Below are positions 39,138 through 51,135 of a stretch of DNA of 64,000 bases, in pieces; the first letter of the stretch is position 1, and each line of letters begins with the position of its first letter. The DNA is taken from assembly GCF_009914755.1 (NCBI RefSeq), contig NC_060937.1, one strand, 5' to 3'. This stretch comes from the human T2T-CHM13v2.0 reference genome, Homo sapiens. A program made the position numbers and the translations under genes. The notes beneath the pieces are model-generated. The model worked only from the letters and a program-made list of their open reading frames with translations, was not told the origin of the DNA and ran no database searches.

Positions 39138-39898
39138 TGAGGACTAAGCTCTAATTTTTTATCTTGCCCAAATTCCTACCTAAGGGGTCTAGGGAGTAAT
39201 GCCCTACAAACCATAAATTCTCATCAGATGGGTTTTCTTTGACCCTATAAATCGTGACTTACTTTTCAATCTGACTCTGGCATAATGTTACGAGAAAAGG
39301 AAAAAATATTTAACCCCCAAATACATTTCCTTGCCATACCTTGAAATTGTCCTGCAAAGTCCCTTGTGAGAAAAATCCACATCCTATAAAGAATCTTCTT
39401 GGCTCTTTGTTTTCCTTCCTTTCTTTTCAGATCCAGAAGATAATCAACTAAGAGCCAGGCACCCTTTTAGGTCTGATAAGAAACACTTACAACCCTCTCT
39501 CTCTCTGAAGTCGTCTATCTGAGAGCTTCCTCTGCACAAGAAAACTTTGTGCCCACAATCCTTTACCTTAACCTGAACATTCCTTCTCATTGATCTTGTC
39601 TTCAGACAAATTCAACCGTCAACCAGAAAATGTTTAAATTTACCCATAGCCTGGAAGCACCCGCCCTGCCCCCGCTTTGAGTTGTCCACCTTTCTGAATC
39701 AAACCAATATATTTCTTAAATATATTTGATTGATGTCTCACGCCTCCCTAAAAATATATAAAACCAAGCTGTACCCTGACCACCTTGGGCACATGTTCTC
39801 TGGACCTCCTGAGGGCTGTGTCACAGGCCACGGTCACTCTTATTTGGCTCAGAATAAATCTCTTAAAATATCTTACAGTTTGAGTCTTTCTGTTGACA
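39138..39898 (+). mobile_element. ERV1 MER4D/MER4E-type solo LTR, complete
   Basis: TGAGGACTAAGCTCT..ATCTTGCCCAAATTCCTA ... TTTGGCTCAGAATAAATCTCTT..GTTGACA; TG..CA ends; 4-bp TSD CTGC/CTGT. Confidence 0.88.
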
Positions 39899-42800
39899 CT
39901 GTTGTAGATCCTTTGCATCTCAAAGTCATGGTCTCAGTTTAGGAATTAAAATCTTAAGCCCACAAAATTATAAAAATTGTCGAACTTTATTTGAAATTGT
40001 GACTGCTCCCTGCCTCTTATCCTCAAATTGTCTTCCCTTGTTTCTGCTTGTCTCCCTTTGTTGCTGACCTCTAGCATTGGACCCTTAGGAAGGACAAGTG
40101 AGCTGGGAGTGAATCTTTCTTTCATGGGGTGCTTTTGTGCAATCTTCAGAGATTCTTTCCCTTCCAGTCCCTGAAGATTCACCCTTGCAGGGGCCCTCAC
40201 CCTGGGAAGTGCATCACCAGCACAACTGCTTGGTTCTGAGTCCTTGCTCAGTCCCAGGAAACAGGAAGCTCCTCCAGCTCTTTACTCAGCACCCTCAATC
40301 TCTTCAGCTGCTCCAGTTCACAGGATCTGCTAAACACTCATGCATCCTTTTCCTAACAAATTCTGATAGCAGAGATAGCCCTCTCACGCAGCAATTTTTC
40401 TTGGTTCTGTTTTCAAAAGTGGCCAGACAGGTTCTCACTGTAAACATTTCCAAGGGCAAGGGAGACACCAAGGTCTCTCTCTGTCTTTATGTTATCTGGC
40501 TGAAGTCTCCAAGATTTGTGGTGATGGGCAGGTGTCTTTAGGGGTGAGGGTGAGACTTAAAGTATATCAAAGATTCTTTCTCCAAGCATGTGTGTGTGTG
40601 TGCGCGTGCATGCATGTGTGTGTAATCTCAAGTAATACACTGGGGTCTTTCCGCCCTCTTACACAGACTGGAGGTGACTGGTCAACCAGCATCACAAAAC
40701 CTGTTTGGTGCTGTCCCCTTGCAAATTATCTGAGTGTGACCTACAGTCTTAGTTTGGAAGGTGCCATCTACCATCCTGGACTCTTGGCAGAACTCCTGGT
40801 GAAACAGCTCCATTTTAACAACCTGTTATTCTGAGATTGCAAGAAGGATCTAACCACAGTGGACATGGAGGAGTCAATGGTCTCAGGTGGGGCATGGGGT
40901 ATGGACAATGCTAAGGAGATAAATAATGGCTCATTTTAGGAACTAAAGGAACACTAGTGTGTAGCACAGCATCAAGTCCAGAGGAGGAAAGGAAGCAAGA
41001 AATGGAGGTGGTGAGGAAAAATAAGCACGAAGTAAAATTCTGTTATCCACGCTAACTAAATAATCTATTAACGGGATTTTAGGTTTGCTTTGATATTTTT
41101 AGTTACTATAAAGAGTTACAGGAGAAAGAAGAAGGTCCCTTAACTTCAATTTATAGCTTATTCAGCTTTCCAAAATTTTAGATTTAAAATCTAAAATCTA
41201 AATGAGAGTATTTTTGTCAAGAAGAAGGAGGAGAAAGCTAACTTCTCACTATTCTAGGTCATCCAGTTTAGTCATTTGGCTTCATGGAAATTTATCCAGA
41301 TTCTATACAATGTTTTCAAATTTATCAATATTTGGTGCAAGCAGTGGGGAAATAAAGGTCTTTGCTCTGAGACACGAACAAATTAACTTGCTATTTAACC
41401 TGAAGCAAAATGTCTAGCCTCTCTAGGAGTCCATTTCCTCATGGGGAAGGAGATGTTATTTAATTTTCAAACACTCCATGGCTCAGTGGGCCCGCCCATA
41501 GGTTTCTCCCTTCAATAGAAATGAAAAGACGGAGACAATTAAAAGGAAATAGCTCAATTAAAAGAACAGGGTAGGGATTATGTTAATGTTTATGTCCGCC
41601 AGCCATCATTATTGATGATTAAATTAACCACAATAAACAATATGATTCTTTGAGAGTTATCTAAAAGAAATTAACAATGGGAATCAGTCAAGGTGACTTG
41701 AGAGGACTTATTTTCACAATAAAACTCTATATAACTCTAGGCAGTTTACATAAAAATTGATAAAAATGAAAAAATAACATAATATTTCTGCATTTAGAAT
41801 GTTGAGTATCACAAATGAGAAAGAAATGAAGAGGTACTTTCTAAGATATTTAGCTAAAACAATAAAAAGTAAATTGCTATATAATACCTGTAGAGATTGG
41901 TAGCTGAGGAAGTAGTGTTAAAACGTATAGGAAGTAAGTAATCAACTGGAGGGATCTTGTGAGAATGTAACAAACGCATGATGCCAACACCAAATCCACT
42001 TTTGGATTTATATGCAGCACTTTAGTATATTGTATCATCCTTTTCCTTATTAGCATTCTATCTAATAAGTTACTATTTTAGTGGATGCTCAAGGGAAGGT
42101 ATTAATTAAAAACTGTAATCTCTATTTCACTAGAAGTCACTAGTTCAGTAACTTATTAAAATGATACTGGGAAATATTTCCACAGCTTTCAGACGAACTG
42201 TGGCAGTGTATAGCTAATGTACCTGAGAAAATCTCAACAGCTTAAAATAAATAAGGTCTGCAAATAATAGGGTTATTTTTGGTGTTTAAACTCTCTTCTA
42301 AATGTATAGAGTATATGTGCTGTGACTATATAATTTATCCTTCAGACTGGGACACCTTTGAGAGTGAAAGAAGGAGCTATTATTAGGTAAGCCAAGACAA
42401 AGTTGTAAACTGGGGCCATCACAGGCCTGTGTATAGACATATCTCATTACCAGGGTAGTAAGGCTGGTGATACTGCATAGTCCAATTTCATCACAGAAAG
42501 GTTTCTTTAAAAATCTGTTTTTCAAATAAAAAGGTACCAAGATATAACATATTCTTAACATTATTAAAATTTGGGGCAAATTCCATTATTAGACTTTTTC
42601 TCATACAAATGCCTACACTAAGGCAAACTTTTCATAGGAGAAAAATACAATGAGAAAATTATGGACAATTGGGCATTGTCAAGAAATATATGGATCATGT
42701 TGAGTGGATGCTAGCAGCCAAAAGATGGCCTGGAAGGAACAATAGGAGAAAAAACAAAAACAAGGAACAGGGAAGGAGGAAGGAGAACAAAACAGTCTCT

Positions 42801-43526
42801 ACCATTATTTTGCTTATGGCAACCAGAAATGGCAGGAGATGTCACCAGTGGGGCCCTCCAATGGGGACATCCAATGATATCCTGCTTCATTAAATCAAAC
42901 AACATCATTTTAACTTCACATTATGTGCTAGATGCTAGGAGAGAGATGACAATATAAGGCATAGTCCCCTTGCTAAAGAAATTAAGGGTCTTTTGAGGTG
43001 CTACATGAGAAATGAGAATGTTAATGTTCTCAGAGAAGTCCAGACAATAATAACTCATCTAATTAGTAAATGTTGGTTGCCATTCTTTTCATGACTGCAG
43101 TCTGTTGACAGGTGATTTTTTAAAAACAAGATCATCTTATTGATCACACTAAATGAATTGATTACATTCATTACACTTATACCTTCTGTGGTGGTTGCTG
43201 AATTGATTATGTTCACTAGGTCAGCCCTGGAGATGATTCCAGGAAAAGCCAAGATCTTCCCAACACTAAAGGCAGTAATGGCCTCATTCAAGGCCATAGA
43301 CATGGGAAAAAGACAAATGGCAAGCCTCCTAGTACCTCTTCAGAGCTTCCCAGGAAGACGCAGTCAAATCAGCACCTTCTTAGATTCACCTTTAAGATTC
43401 CTCAGACTACACAGCTGGGTCGTCGAGAAGTGTCACCGTGGACTCATAGGCGTGTCTGCTGGGGGTTTATCTTCCTACGTCATTAGGGCTTTGGTTGGAC
43501 AGCAAGTTTGCAGTTCTCTCTGAAAC

Positions 43527-43876
43527 TGCATTAGCTTGCTAGGGCTGCCATAACAAAGGATGACAGACTGAGTGACTTCAAAAACAGAAATTAATTTTCT
43601 AACAGTTCTTGCGGCTGGAAATCAGAGATCAAGTGTCAGCAGAGTTGGTTTCTTCTCAGGCTTCTCTCATAGACTTGTAGACGGCCGTCTTCTCTCCATG
43701 TTTTCACGTAATTTTCCCTCTGTATGTGTCTGTGCCCCAACCTCCTTTTTGTAAATAAGGTTGCCGATCATATTGGATTAGAGACCATCCTAATGATCTC
43801 GTTTTATCTTAATAACCTCTTTAGAGACCCTATCTACACATATAGTTACATTCTGAGGGGCTGAGGTTTAGGATTT
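43527..43876 (-). mobile_element. MaLR MLT1B LTR lacking its 5' tip
   Basis: gctagggctgccataacaaa..gatcaagtgtcagcagagttggttt..cattctgagg. Confidence 0.85.
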
Positions 43877-44229
43877 TGTCTTAGCTCAGGCTACCATAAA
43901 AAATCTCTTAGACTAAGTAGCTGAAACAACCAATATTTATTTTCTCACAGTTCTGAAGACTGGAAGTCCAGGTTCAAGGTGCCAGCAAGGTCCATGTCTG
44001 GTACGAGCTCTTTAATTGGGTGGCAGACAGGCACTTTCTCACTGTGTCCTCCCGTGGCAGAAAGAGACATTTTGTGTCTTTTTCTTCTTATAAGGGCACT
44101 GATCCAATCAGATTAGGTGGCTTATGTCCTCATCTAACCTCCTCACAGGCTCTATCTCCAAATATAGTCAGATTGGGGGTAAGGGCATCAACATAAAAAT
44201 GTGAGAGAACACAGTGCAGCTCTTAATGG
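43877..44229 (-). mobile_element. MaLR MLT1A-type LTR abutting the MLT1B
   Basis: tgtcttagctcaggct..tttctcacagttctg..caaggtgccagca..cttcttataagggcact. Confidence 0.85.
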
Positions 44230-47200
44230 AAGCGTTCTGTGTTCGCAAAAGATCCCTGCTAAGGCCAGCGCCACATCCAGTTCTGTAGAAGTGCAAGAGA
44301 GAACATTCAGGGAAGTGCCCCTGTGTTCGTGCTCTAATAGGCACAGCTGTGCTACCAAGAACATATACAGTGAAAGCTCTTTACAATCAGGAAAGCATCT
44401 CAACATCCCATTCTGATATTTAAAGCACTCCGGGGGACTGAGTGGCTACTGACTGATTATCAGGACAGCCATGACAGCAAATGATCATTCTGCCCCTGAG
44501 TAGACTACAGCTTGTCATGGAAACAAGCCTTTTAGGCAAGGCCAAGTACTCATGGAAAATATTCTGAAAAAGCACATTATTAGCACTTACTGAAAGAACT
44601 GTAGGGCTGTAGTGCTATTCTCGTTGAGTTATAGCTTATCAGGAGAATAAGCACAGTCCTCTCTCACCCTGCAGTAGAGATGGGGTTCTCAGCAGTCTAT
44701 ACTGCTCAACTCTCACATCAGGAGCTCTGCGGATTTTTTTGTGACTTCTGAATGAAGATTACAAAGTAGAAAAGTATCAATAATACTTGGCTGATTAGTA
44801 TTAATCAGACTAGACGTGTGTGTTTACGTGTTTATATGTTTGCATGTGTAATATACATTTAAATAGTACAAAATTACTTAAGATCATGGCAGAGGCCAAA
44901 GGAAGCAAGGTGGCCTGGAGGCATATTTGGAGGATAGAGCACTACCCTTGGTGGAAGGTCTAACACCTGGGACTAGGGATCCAAGGTCTGGTTGGAACTC
45001 TGGCATGCAGCTCAGTTGACTGGCACTGAGCACTGAGCCAGCCAGCCCAGCAGGGAAGCTGCAAGGACTATTCCTGAAGTTGCCATTCCAGAGTCCATGC
45101 ATAAGAGCCTACTTCTCTTGCTCATCCTCTGCAGCAATGGGAGCTGAATCCCTTCTTCCTGCCCATTATATTTCCCTTCTCTCCAGGTCTGAGAAATGAT
45201 GAGAGGAGGAAAAATAATTACTTAGAGATGCTCCAGGACTCAACCTTTGTTCTGTGTGTTCCTGATGTTAAGGTAAAACTGCATGCACAAAATGCCAAAG
45301 AATCTTGACAAGGATCTTGAAATGCTTTTCAAACTCACTGCACCCACATGGTACTGCTAAGTTAGGCTGACATGCCCATGAATTACATGTACTATCAACC
45401 AACAAAAATGATTGGCGGGCACATCTTGTCCTGAGAGGCAGTCACGTAGGATTCTAATCTTATTGTGTCTACTGTGCTCCACAGTCTGCCCTGGTTTCTG
45501 TCCATATTTGAAAATTACTTACTGTTAAAATGTGGCCTCCTACATTTTGATTTTTTTTTTATCTTCCAAGAGGTAGGGCCTTGAGTTCATCTCTTTGCTC
45601 CACATTTGTCAAGTAGAATAACCTATTATAGTTTCCAACGTTATGCCCTAGGTACCTAAGCCCTGGTGCTAGCCTCATTAACTAGTGGTCATTAAAAGGA
45701 GGGGAATAAAAAAAATTACTTTGAAGTTGAATATTAATCTATCTTCCTATATATAGAAAATTCTTACATCCTAAAAATAATCCAGGGATTGGCATATAAG
45801 GCTCATGATATAAATGATGGCCATTGTGAAAAGTGGTTAAAATTGGAGTGGTTAATATGCTGTTACATAATTAATCATGGTACAGATGAACTTGTCTGAT
45901 ATTTATTCATTCTCCCTCCACCAGCCTGACAAGGTTCCAGAAGCAGATTAATAATAAGCAATTCATACTTCATCCTCATTGTCCTTTTCAAAAAACAGAA
46001 TTGGGCATTTTTTTCTCCACATTTCATTATAAAGGGCACAATCTCCACCTTTAAAAACCCATTTTGAAGGAATAAGTTTAGAATCTTGCTCCTTGCAAAA
46101 CGATCATTGCTTACGTATTTTCTTATTATTTTAGCTATCTGGATCAACAACCACAAAAGCTTAACATTGGTAGAGTTCATGTTTCTCCCAGTGTTACAAT
46201 GGATTCAGAAAAAAGATTTTCCCTTAACCAAATAAAGGCGATATGGAATTTTAGATGCTGGCAGTTGTGACTAATTCACCTGTAAACAAACATCCAAAAA
46301 AAAAAAAAAAACCCAAACAGTATAGACTAAACAATGTGAACTTTAATGCTCAAGGATATGTATGTGCTCTCTCATGGATACTTCTGGAAACTGAATGAAA
46401 GCATGTTAAAATGCTGGTTCTTCATTATTATTCTTGGATAGAATGAGTAAATAAATATTATAGTAGGTTTTGCTAGGTTGGAAATTGATTTTTTTCATGT
46501 GTGGTTGTTCCCAATGCAAATTATGTTCATATGGTACTGATAATAAGCAAACTTGACTTTAATTCAGAGTAACTAACTTTATAACCTCATGTGCTTCAAT
46601 CATTGATGCGTCTCTCAACACACAGCACAATGACTGGTAGATAGCTGGAACTGAACAGGTATTTGTCATATGAATGAAAGAATGAATTGATGGTTAGGAA
46701 AACGTAAGCAATACATTTATCCAACTGTATGAGATGGGAATATCAGAGTCATTATCTTCAAATATTTTACCAGTTAGAAACCAGTTTCTTCACTGATGGC
46801 CAGGAGCATTTCTACATACGAGGAAGGCTGAATTCAAAAGATTATAAGGAGCTTCCGTGTTTGGAGCAGAAAGCTATGCTGGTGCTTAAAAATGTTCATT
46901 CTCCGGCCTGATGACCATCTTCACGAAGTGACATGGTCATAGGTTAGAGCAAGCACAGCTTTCTCAATTATCCTGGTAAAACCAATACTGTTATAGATTG
47001 TGCGCACCGTATTTACTGTAGAAGCTGCAGACTCGGGGAGATGGCAGACATGAGAGACCAGCATAAAAATTTCAGAGACCACTCTCTCACCTTTTGGTCA
47101 CTGGGAAACAAATGGAGGTAGGGGGTTGTATACAAATTATATAACCTAAGATAGAATGTATTATGCTCTGGGAAGGAAGTGTTGTTGAACGTTTTATGTA

Positions 47201-48347
47201 AACATAGATAATTGTGTGTGTGTGTTTTTCAGAAAAATGAACAGCTTATTACAAAAAACAGAATACTCATAATAGAGTAAAATGATCAACATTCATAACG
47301 CATCTAACCTATACTGTACTTTCCTAAAATAAATATCTGAAAATAAAGCACACACACATTCACGTACACACACACACACACAGCATAGAGGGAAGAAATC
47401 AATCCAGTTAATGAAAGAGAGAGGTCCCCCTGCTGCCGGCTCTGCTCGTGTCCTCCTCAAAGCTCTGTGGCTCCTGCCATGTCACCATCATGAAACTTTC
47501 ATCCTAATCCTTTTACCTACAAAACCCTTGTTGATTCAAATTCCTTGGTTTCCCATTTCCTAAACAGTGCAGCTCTTCACACCCCACCAACACCCTCAGA
47601 ATTTAAAGTAATGGTATGCACTACCAAGAGGAAAACGAGTAGCAGAATACTCTAATTCCCAGCATGGATTTCTGTTAAAATATCTGTTTAACAGTTCTGG
47701 TTCTTCCTTTACAAACATGTGATACAAGAGCCCAAACTAAAATGAATGCAGAAAAGAATAACGAGGTACACATAATTATAGCATACTGTGTACCATATTG
47801 TTGAAAAAATGAATTATTTACATAAAATTATCTATCAAATAAAATCATTTCATAATAATGCTCTTTTTAAAAGACCATAATGTTTCATTACAAACAATCA
47901 GACAAGACTATGGTGTATAATAAAAAAAGACAATAGAACTAAAATTTTTCTAATTGTCTTCCATGACATTAACTTAATACTATGTTCACTTTATACCTCA
48001 ACTTCAGAACTGTACCATATGTCTCATGCAGGTAATTGTTAACTAAAGGATTCACCAGTCATCTGATTTTTAGCATTTAGAATGCAATCAGGCATATTAA
48101 CATATATGAATTTGGTCTATTATCAATAATTTATGCACATATAGGCATGGATTATTAAAGAGTAATTATTTTTAAAAATAGTAGGTGATTAACTTGGTGG
48201 TTAGTATTTTCTATGTAATTATGCTTATCTTAGGCAAATTTTAAGAATAATTTGAATTAGAGAATAAATATCAACAAGGAGGAGATGGCCCTCAACCTTG
48301 CTTTTTGGCAGTAGTTCTCAAACCTGAGCATCAGAAGCATGTTGTAA

Positions 48348-48647
48348 GGGTGGGCGTGATGGTTCACACCTGTAATCCCAGCACTTTTGGAGGCTGAGGC
48401 GGGCAGATCACAAGGTCAGGAGATCAAGACCATCCTGGCCAACATGGTGAACCCCATCTCTATTAAAAATACACAAATTAGCTGGGAGTTGTGGTGTGTG
48501 CCTGTAATCCCAGCTATTCAGGAGGCTGAGGCAGGAGAATCAGGGAGTCAGAGGTTGCAGTGAGCCAAGATCGTGCCACTGCACTCCAGCCTGGGTGACA
48601 GAGCGAGACTCTGTCTCAAAATAAATAAAATAAAATAAAATAAAATA
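48348..48647 (+). mobile_element. AluSc-like with (TAAAA)n tail, preceded by a MER5-like end (48309-48346)
   Basis: gatcacaaggtcaggagatcaagaccatcctggccaacatggtga; upstream cagtagttctcaaac resembles a hAT-Charlie terminus. Confidence 0.9.
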
Positions 48648-48930
48648 ATGCAGACAAATTAAAATTTACCTCATGTTTAACCTGCATAAACACTTAGAAA
48701 ACTTCACTTGTGAATCTTGAAGAATATCCTAAAGTCTTTTGTAATGACAGTTTATGCAACAAACCTTCATATATCACTGGGCTCAAAAGCAATTCACTGG
48801 GCCAGTTTAGATGAGATCCCACATACACACTTTTCCCCAGTGAAATTATTTAGATACCTGATTAACTCAATGCCACAGAGATGGGCTCCAAGAACTTTGA
48901 AGCATAAATGCAGTCTTAATTATGTGGATA

Positions 48931-49291
48931 CAGTAGTGACCCTTATCCATGGTTTGGCTTTTTGCGTTCCAGTGACCTACTGTCAACCATGCTCTTAAAA
49001 TATTAAATAAAAAATTCTAGAAATAAACAATTCTAAAAGTTTAAATGTTACTGCATTCTGAGTGGCATGATGAAATCCTGTGCCATCCCCCTCAGTTTCA
49101 CCTGGTAGGTGAGTCCTCCCTTTGTCTAATGTGTTCTCACTGTACATGCTGCCTGCCCATCAGTCACTTAGTAGCTGTCTCAGCGATCTGATTGAAAAAT
49201 GCTAATATATCTAGGGTTTGCTACTATCCCTGGTTTCAGGCATCCCTAGGAGTCTTGGGGTATATCCTCCCCTCAAAAGGGGTTACTACCA
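48931..49291 (+). mobile_element. MER44A-like TcMar-Tigger MITE, complete
   Basis: Terminal inverted repeats cagtagtgacccttat / aaggggttactac, TA on both sides, internal aaatattaaat..gaaataaacaattc..agtcacttagtagc. Confidence 0.85.
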
Positions 49292-49894
49292 TATTCTGAT
49301 TTGGCCAACGTGGAAATCTTTGCAGAACATGGAGAAACTAAGCTCAGACTTGGGATACTGAAAGGATTTAATTTTCTTGCCCACTAGTAATGATGCTGCC
49401 TCTTTAAAAATCAAATCTGAAATATCTTTATCACAACAAATACTGGAGATAAATTAAAGCAAATTATTATTTTGTCAAATGGTTTTTCTATGACAGGCTT
49501 TTCTCTGGAGTTGTTCATTTCCATGTCAAAGAAAAAACAATATTGTGCATTTCTAAAATAAACAAACCATTTATAAATTATTCTCACCCAACAGAAATAG
49601 TTGTTACTTTGAAAAAAAAAAACAATGTTGAATTTCTTTTCCTGCTGTAATAATTGCCAGTCAGCCGAAATGGCACGTGGTTGCAGATATGTGATTGCAT
49701 AATACATTTAGGATAGCAATAAAGTCACAATCAAACCCATGTTGGATGGTTTGCAGTTAAGAAAGACTTTTTATACAAATAGTTTGATTTTTTAATTGTT
49801 TGCTAATTATTTAATTATTTATTGTAGCATCATGCTGAACAGTCATTACACTCATATCATTTCTTATAAAAAGTCACTTTACTCTCCAAATCAG

Positions 49895-50465
49895 TTGAGG
49901 GCAGACTCTAAGATGGCTCTCAGTAAGCTTCACCTCCTGGTATTCATGCCTAAGAGTAGTCCCTTTCTCCTGATCGTGGGCTAGCCTAGCAAAGCTGATG
50001 GGATGTCCTTTCCCTTCTTAGGTTTCAAAAGGTAGTGACTTCAGTCTTGCTAACAGACTCTCTCCTTTGCTGGCATAGTGACTTCAGTCTTGCCAGCAGA
50101 CTCTCTCCTTTGCTGGCTTCGATAAATCAATCAGCCATGCGGAAGAGGTCCGCATATTCAGGATCTGAGTGAAGCTTTCAGCTAACAGGCAGCAAACAAC
50201 TGAAGATCTTAGTCCAACTACCCAGAAGAACCAAAATCCTGCTAGCAACCACAGAGCTTGGGAATTAATCCTTCCACAGTCAAGCCTTCAGGTGAAGCCT
50301 CAGCCTTGCCCAACCACTTGAATGCTGGCTTGGAGAGATCCAAAGCAGAGCTTACTTAAGCTGGTCTAGGACTCCTAATCCAGACACTGTGAGATAGTAA
50401 ATGAATGTTGTTTTAAGCCACTGAATTTGTGGTAAATTATTACACAGCAATAGGTAACCAATACA
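49895..50465 (+). mobile_element. MaLR MLT1F/E-type LTR with a 43-bp internal tandem duplication
   Basis: ggcagactctaagatggc..cctcctggtattcatgcc...ctgtgagatagtaaatg..tgttgttttaagccact..cagcaataggtaaccaataca. Confidence 0.85.
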
Positions 50466-50589
50466 GTGTCTTTCATTATTCACTGGTTTTCTTTCAGTTA
50501 TGTATGTTGTCACATGGTTTTAACTTATGTGTATGTTAGCTGGAGGTATTCTGCATCATTAAAATACATTTTCATTGAGAGATGCCACT

Positions 50590-50760
50590 GAAAAATACAG
50601 GCTTTGGAGTCAGAGAAGAAAAATCCATATTCCTGTGCAAAGAATTTAACCTCTCTTGGCCTCAGTTTCCTTGCCTAGAAACGGGATTACATTATTATTA
50701 CTTCAGGGTTGTAGCAGATATATGAACTGACCATATGTTCACTTAACAGGGTGTCTGAAA
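50590..50760 (+). mobile_element. MIR
   Basis: aggctttggagtcaga..atttaacctctct..cctcagtttcc. Confidence 0.7.
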
Positions 50761-51104
50761 TTACCACTATTAAAGTTCTGAAGAAAACATGATAATCAAT
50801 GACTTTTAGGATTTTTCCTTATTGGTAGCCACTCTGTCATTCTACCAGGCCAACTCATCACCTCTTCCACACAATCTATTACCTCAGCAATAGATTTTTA
50901 GGCCTCAGCCAGGACTCTGTAAGAATTGTCCTACTGGAAGTTAGAGCTTTCTCACCATCAAGATGTGCCCAGGTTTGGATGTCCACAGGCCTGGTGATTT
51001 AGCCTCTGACTTGATGGATTGCAGCTTTTTGGCTCACAAAGGACTAGTGTCCACACTTGACCCCACATTTTAGTACTCACCTCTGCTTGGTTTCTCTTGT
51101 TCGG

Positions 51105-51106
<2 letters not shown>

Positions 51107-51134
<28 letters not shown>
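51107..51134. repeat. T28 mononucleotide run
   Basis: Directly visible; not attached to a recognisable Alu or L1 body. Confidence 0.95.

Positions 51135-51135
<1 letters not shown>

Noticed and set aside
43055-43523. Overlapping 127-aa (+) and 82-aa (-) ORFs in unique DNA
   Set aside because: No recognisable domain, no convincing splice or promoter context, and lengths are within chance for 64 kb.
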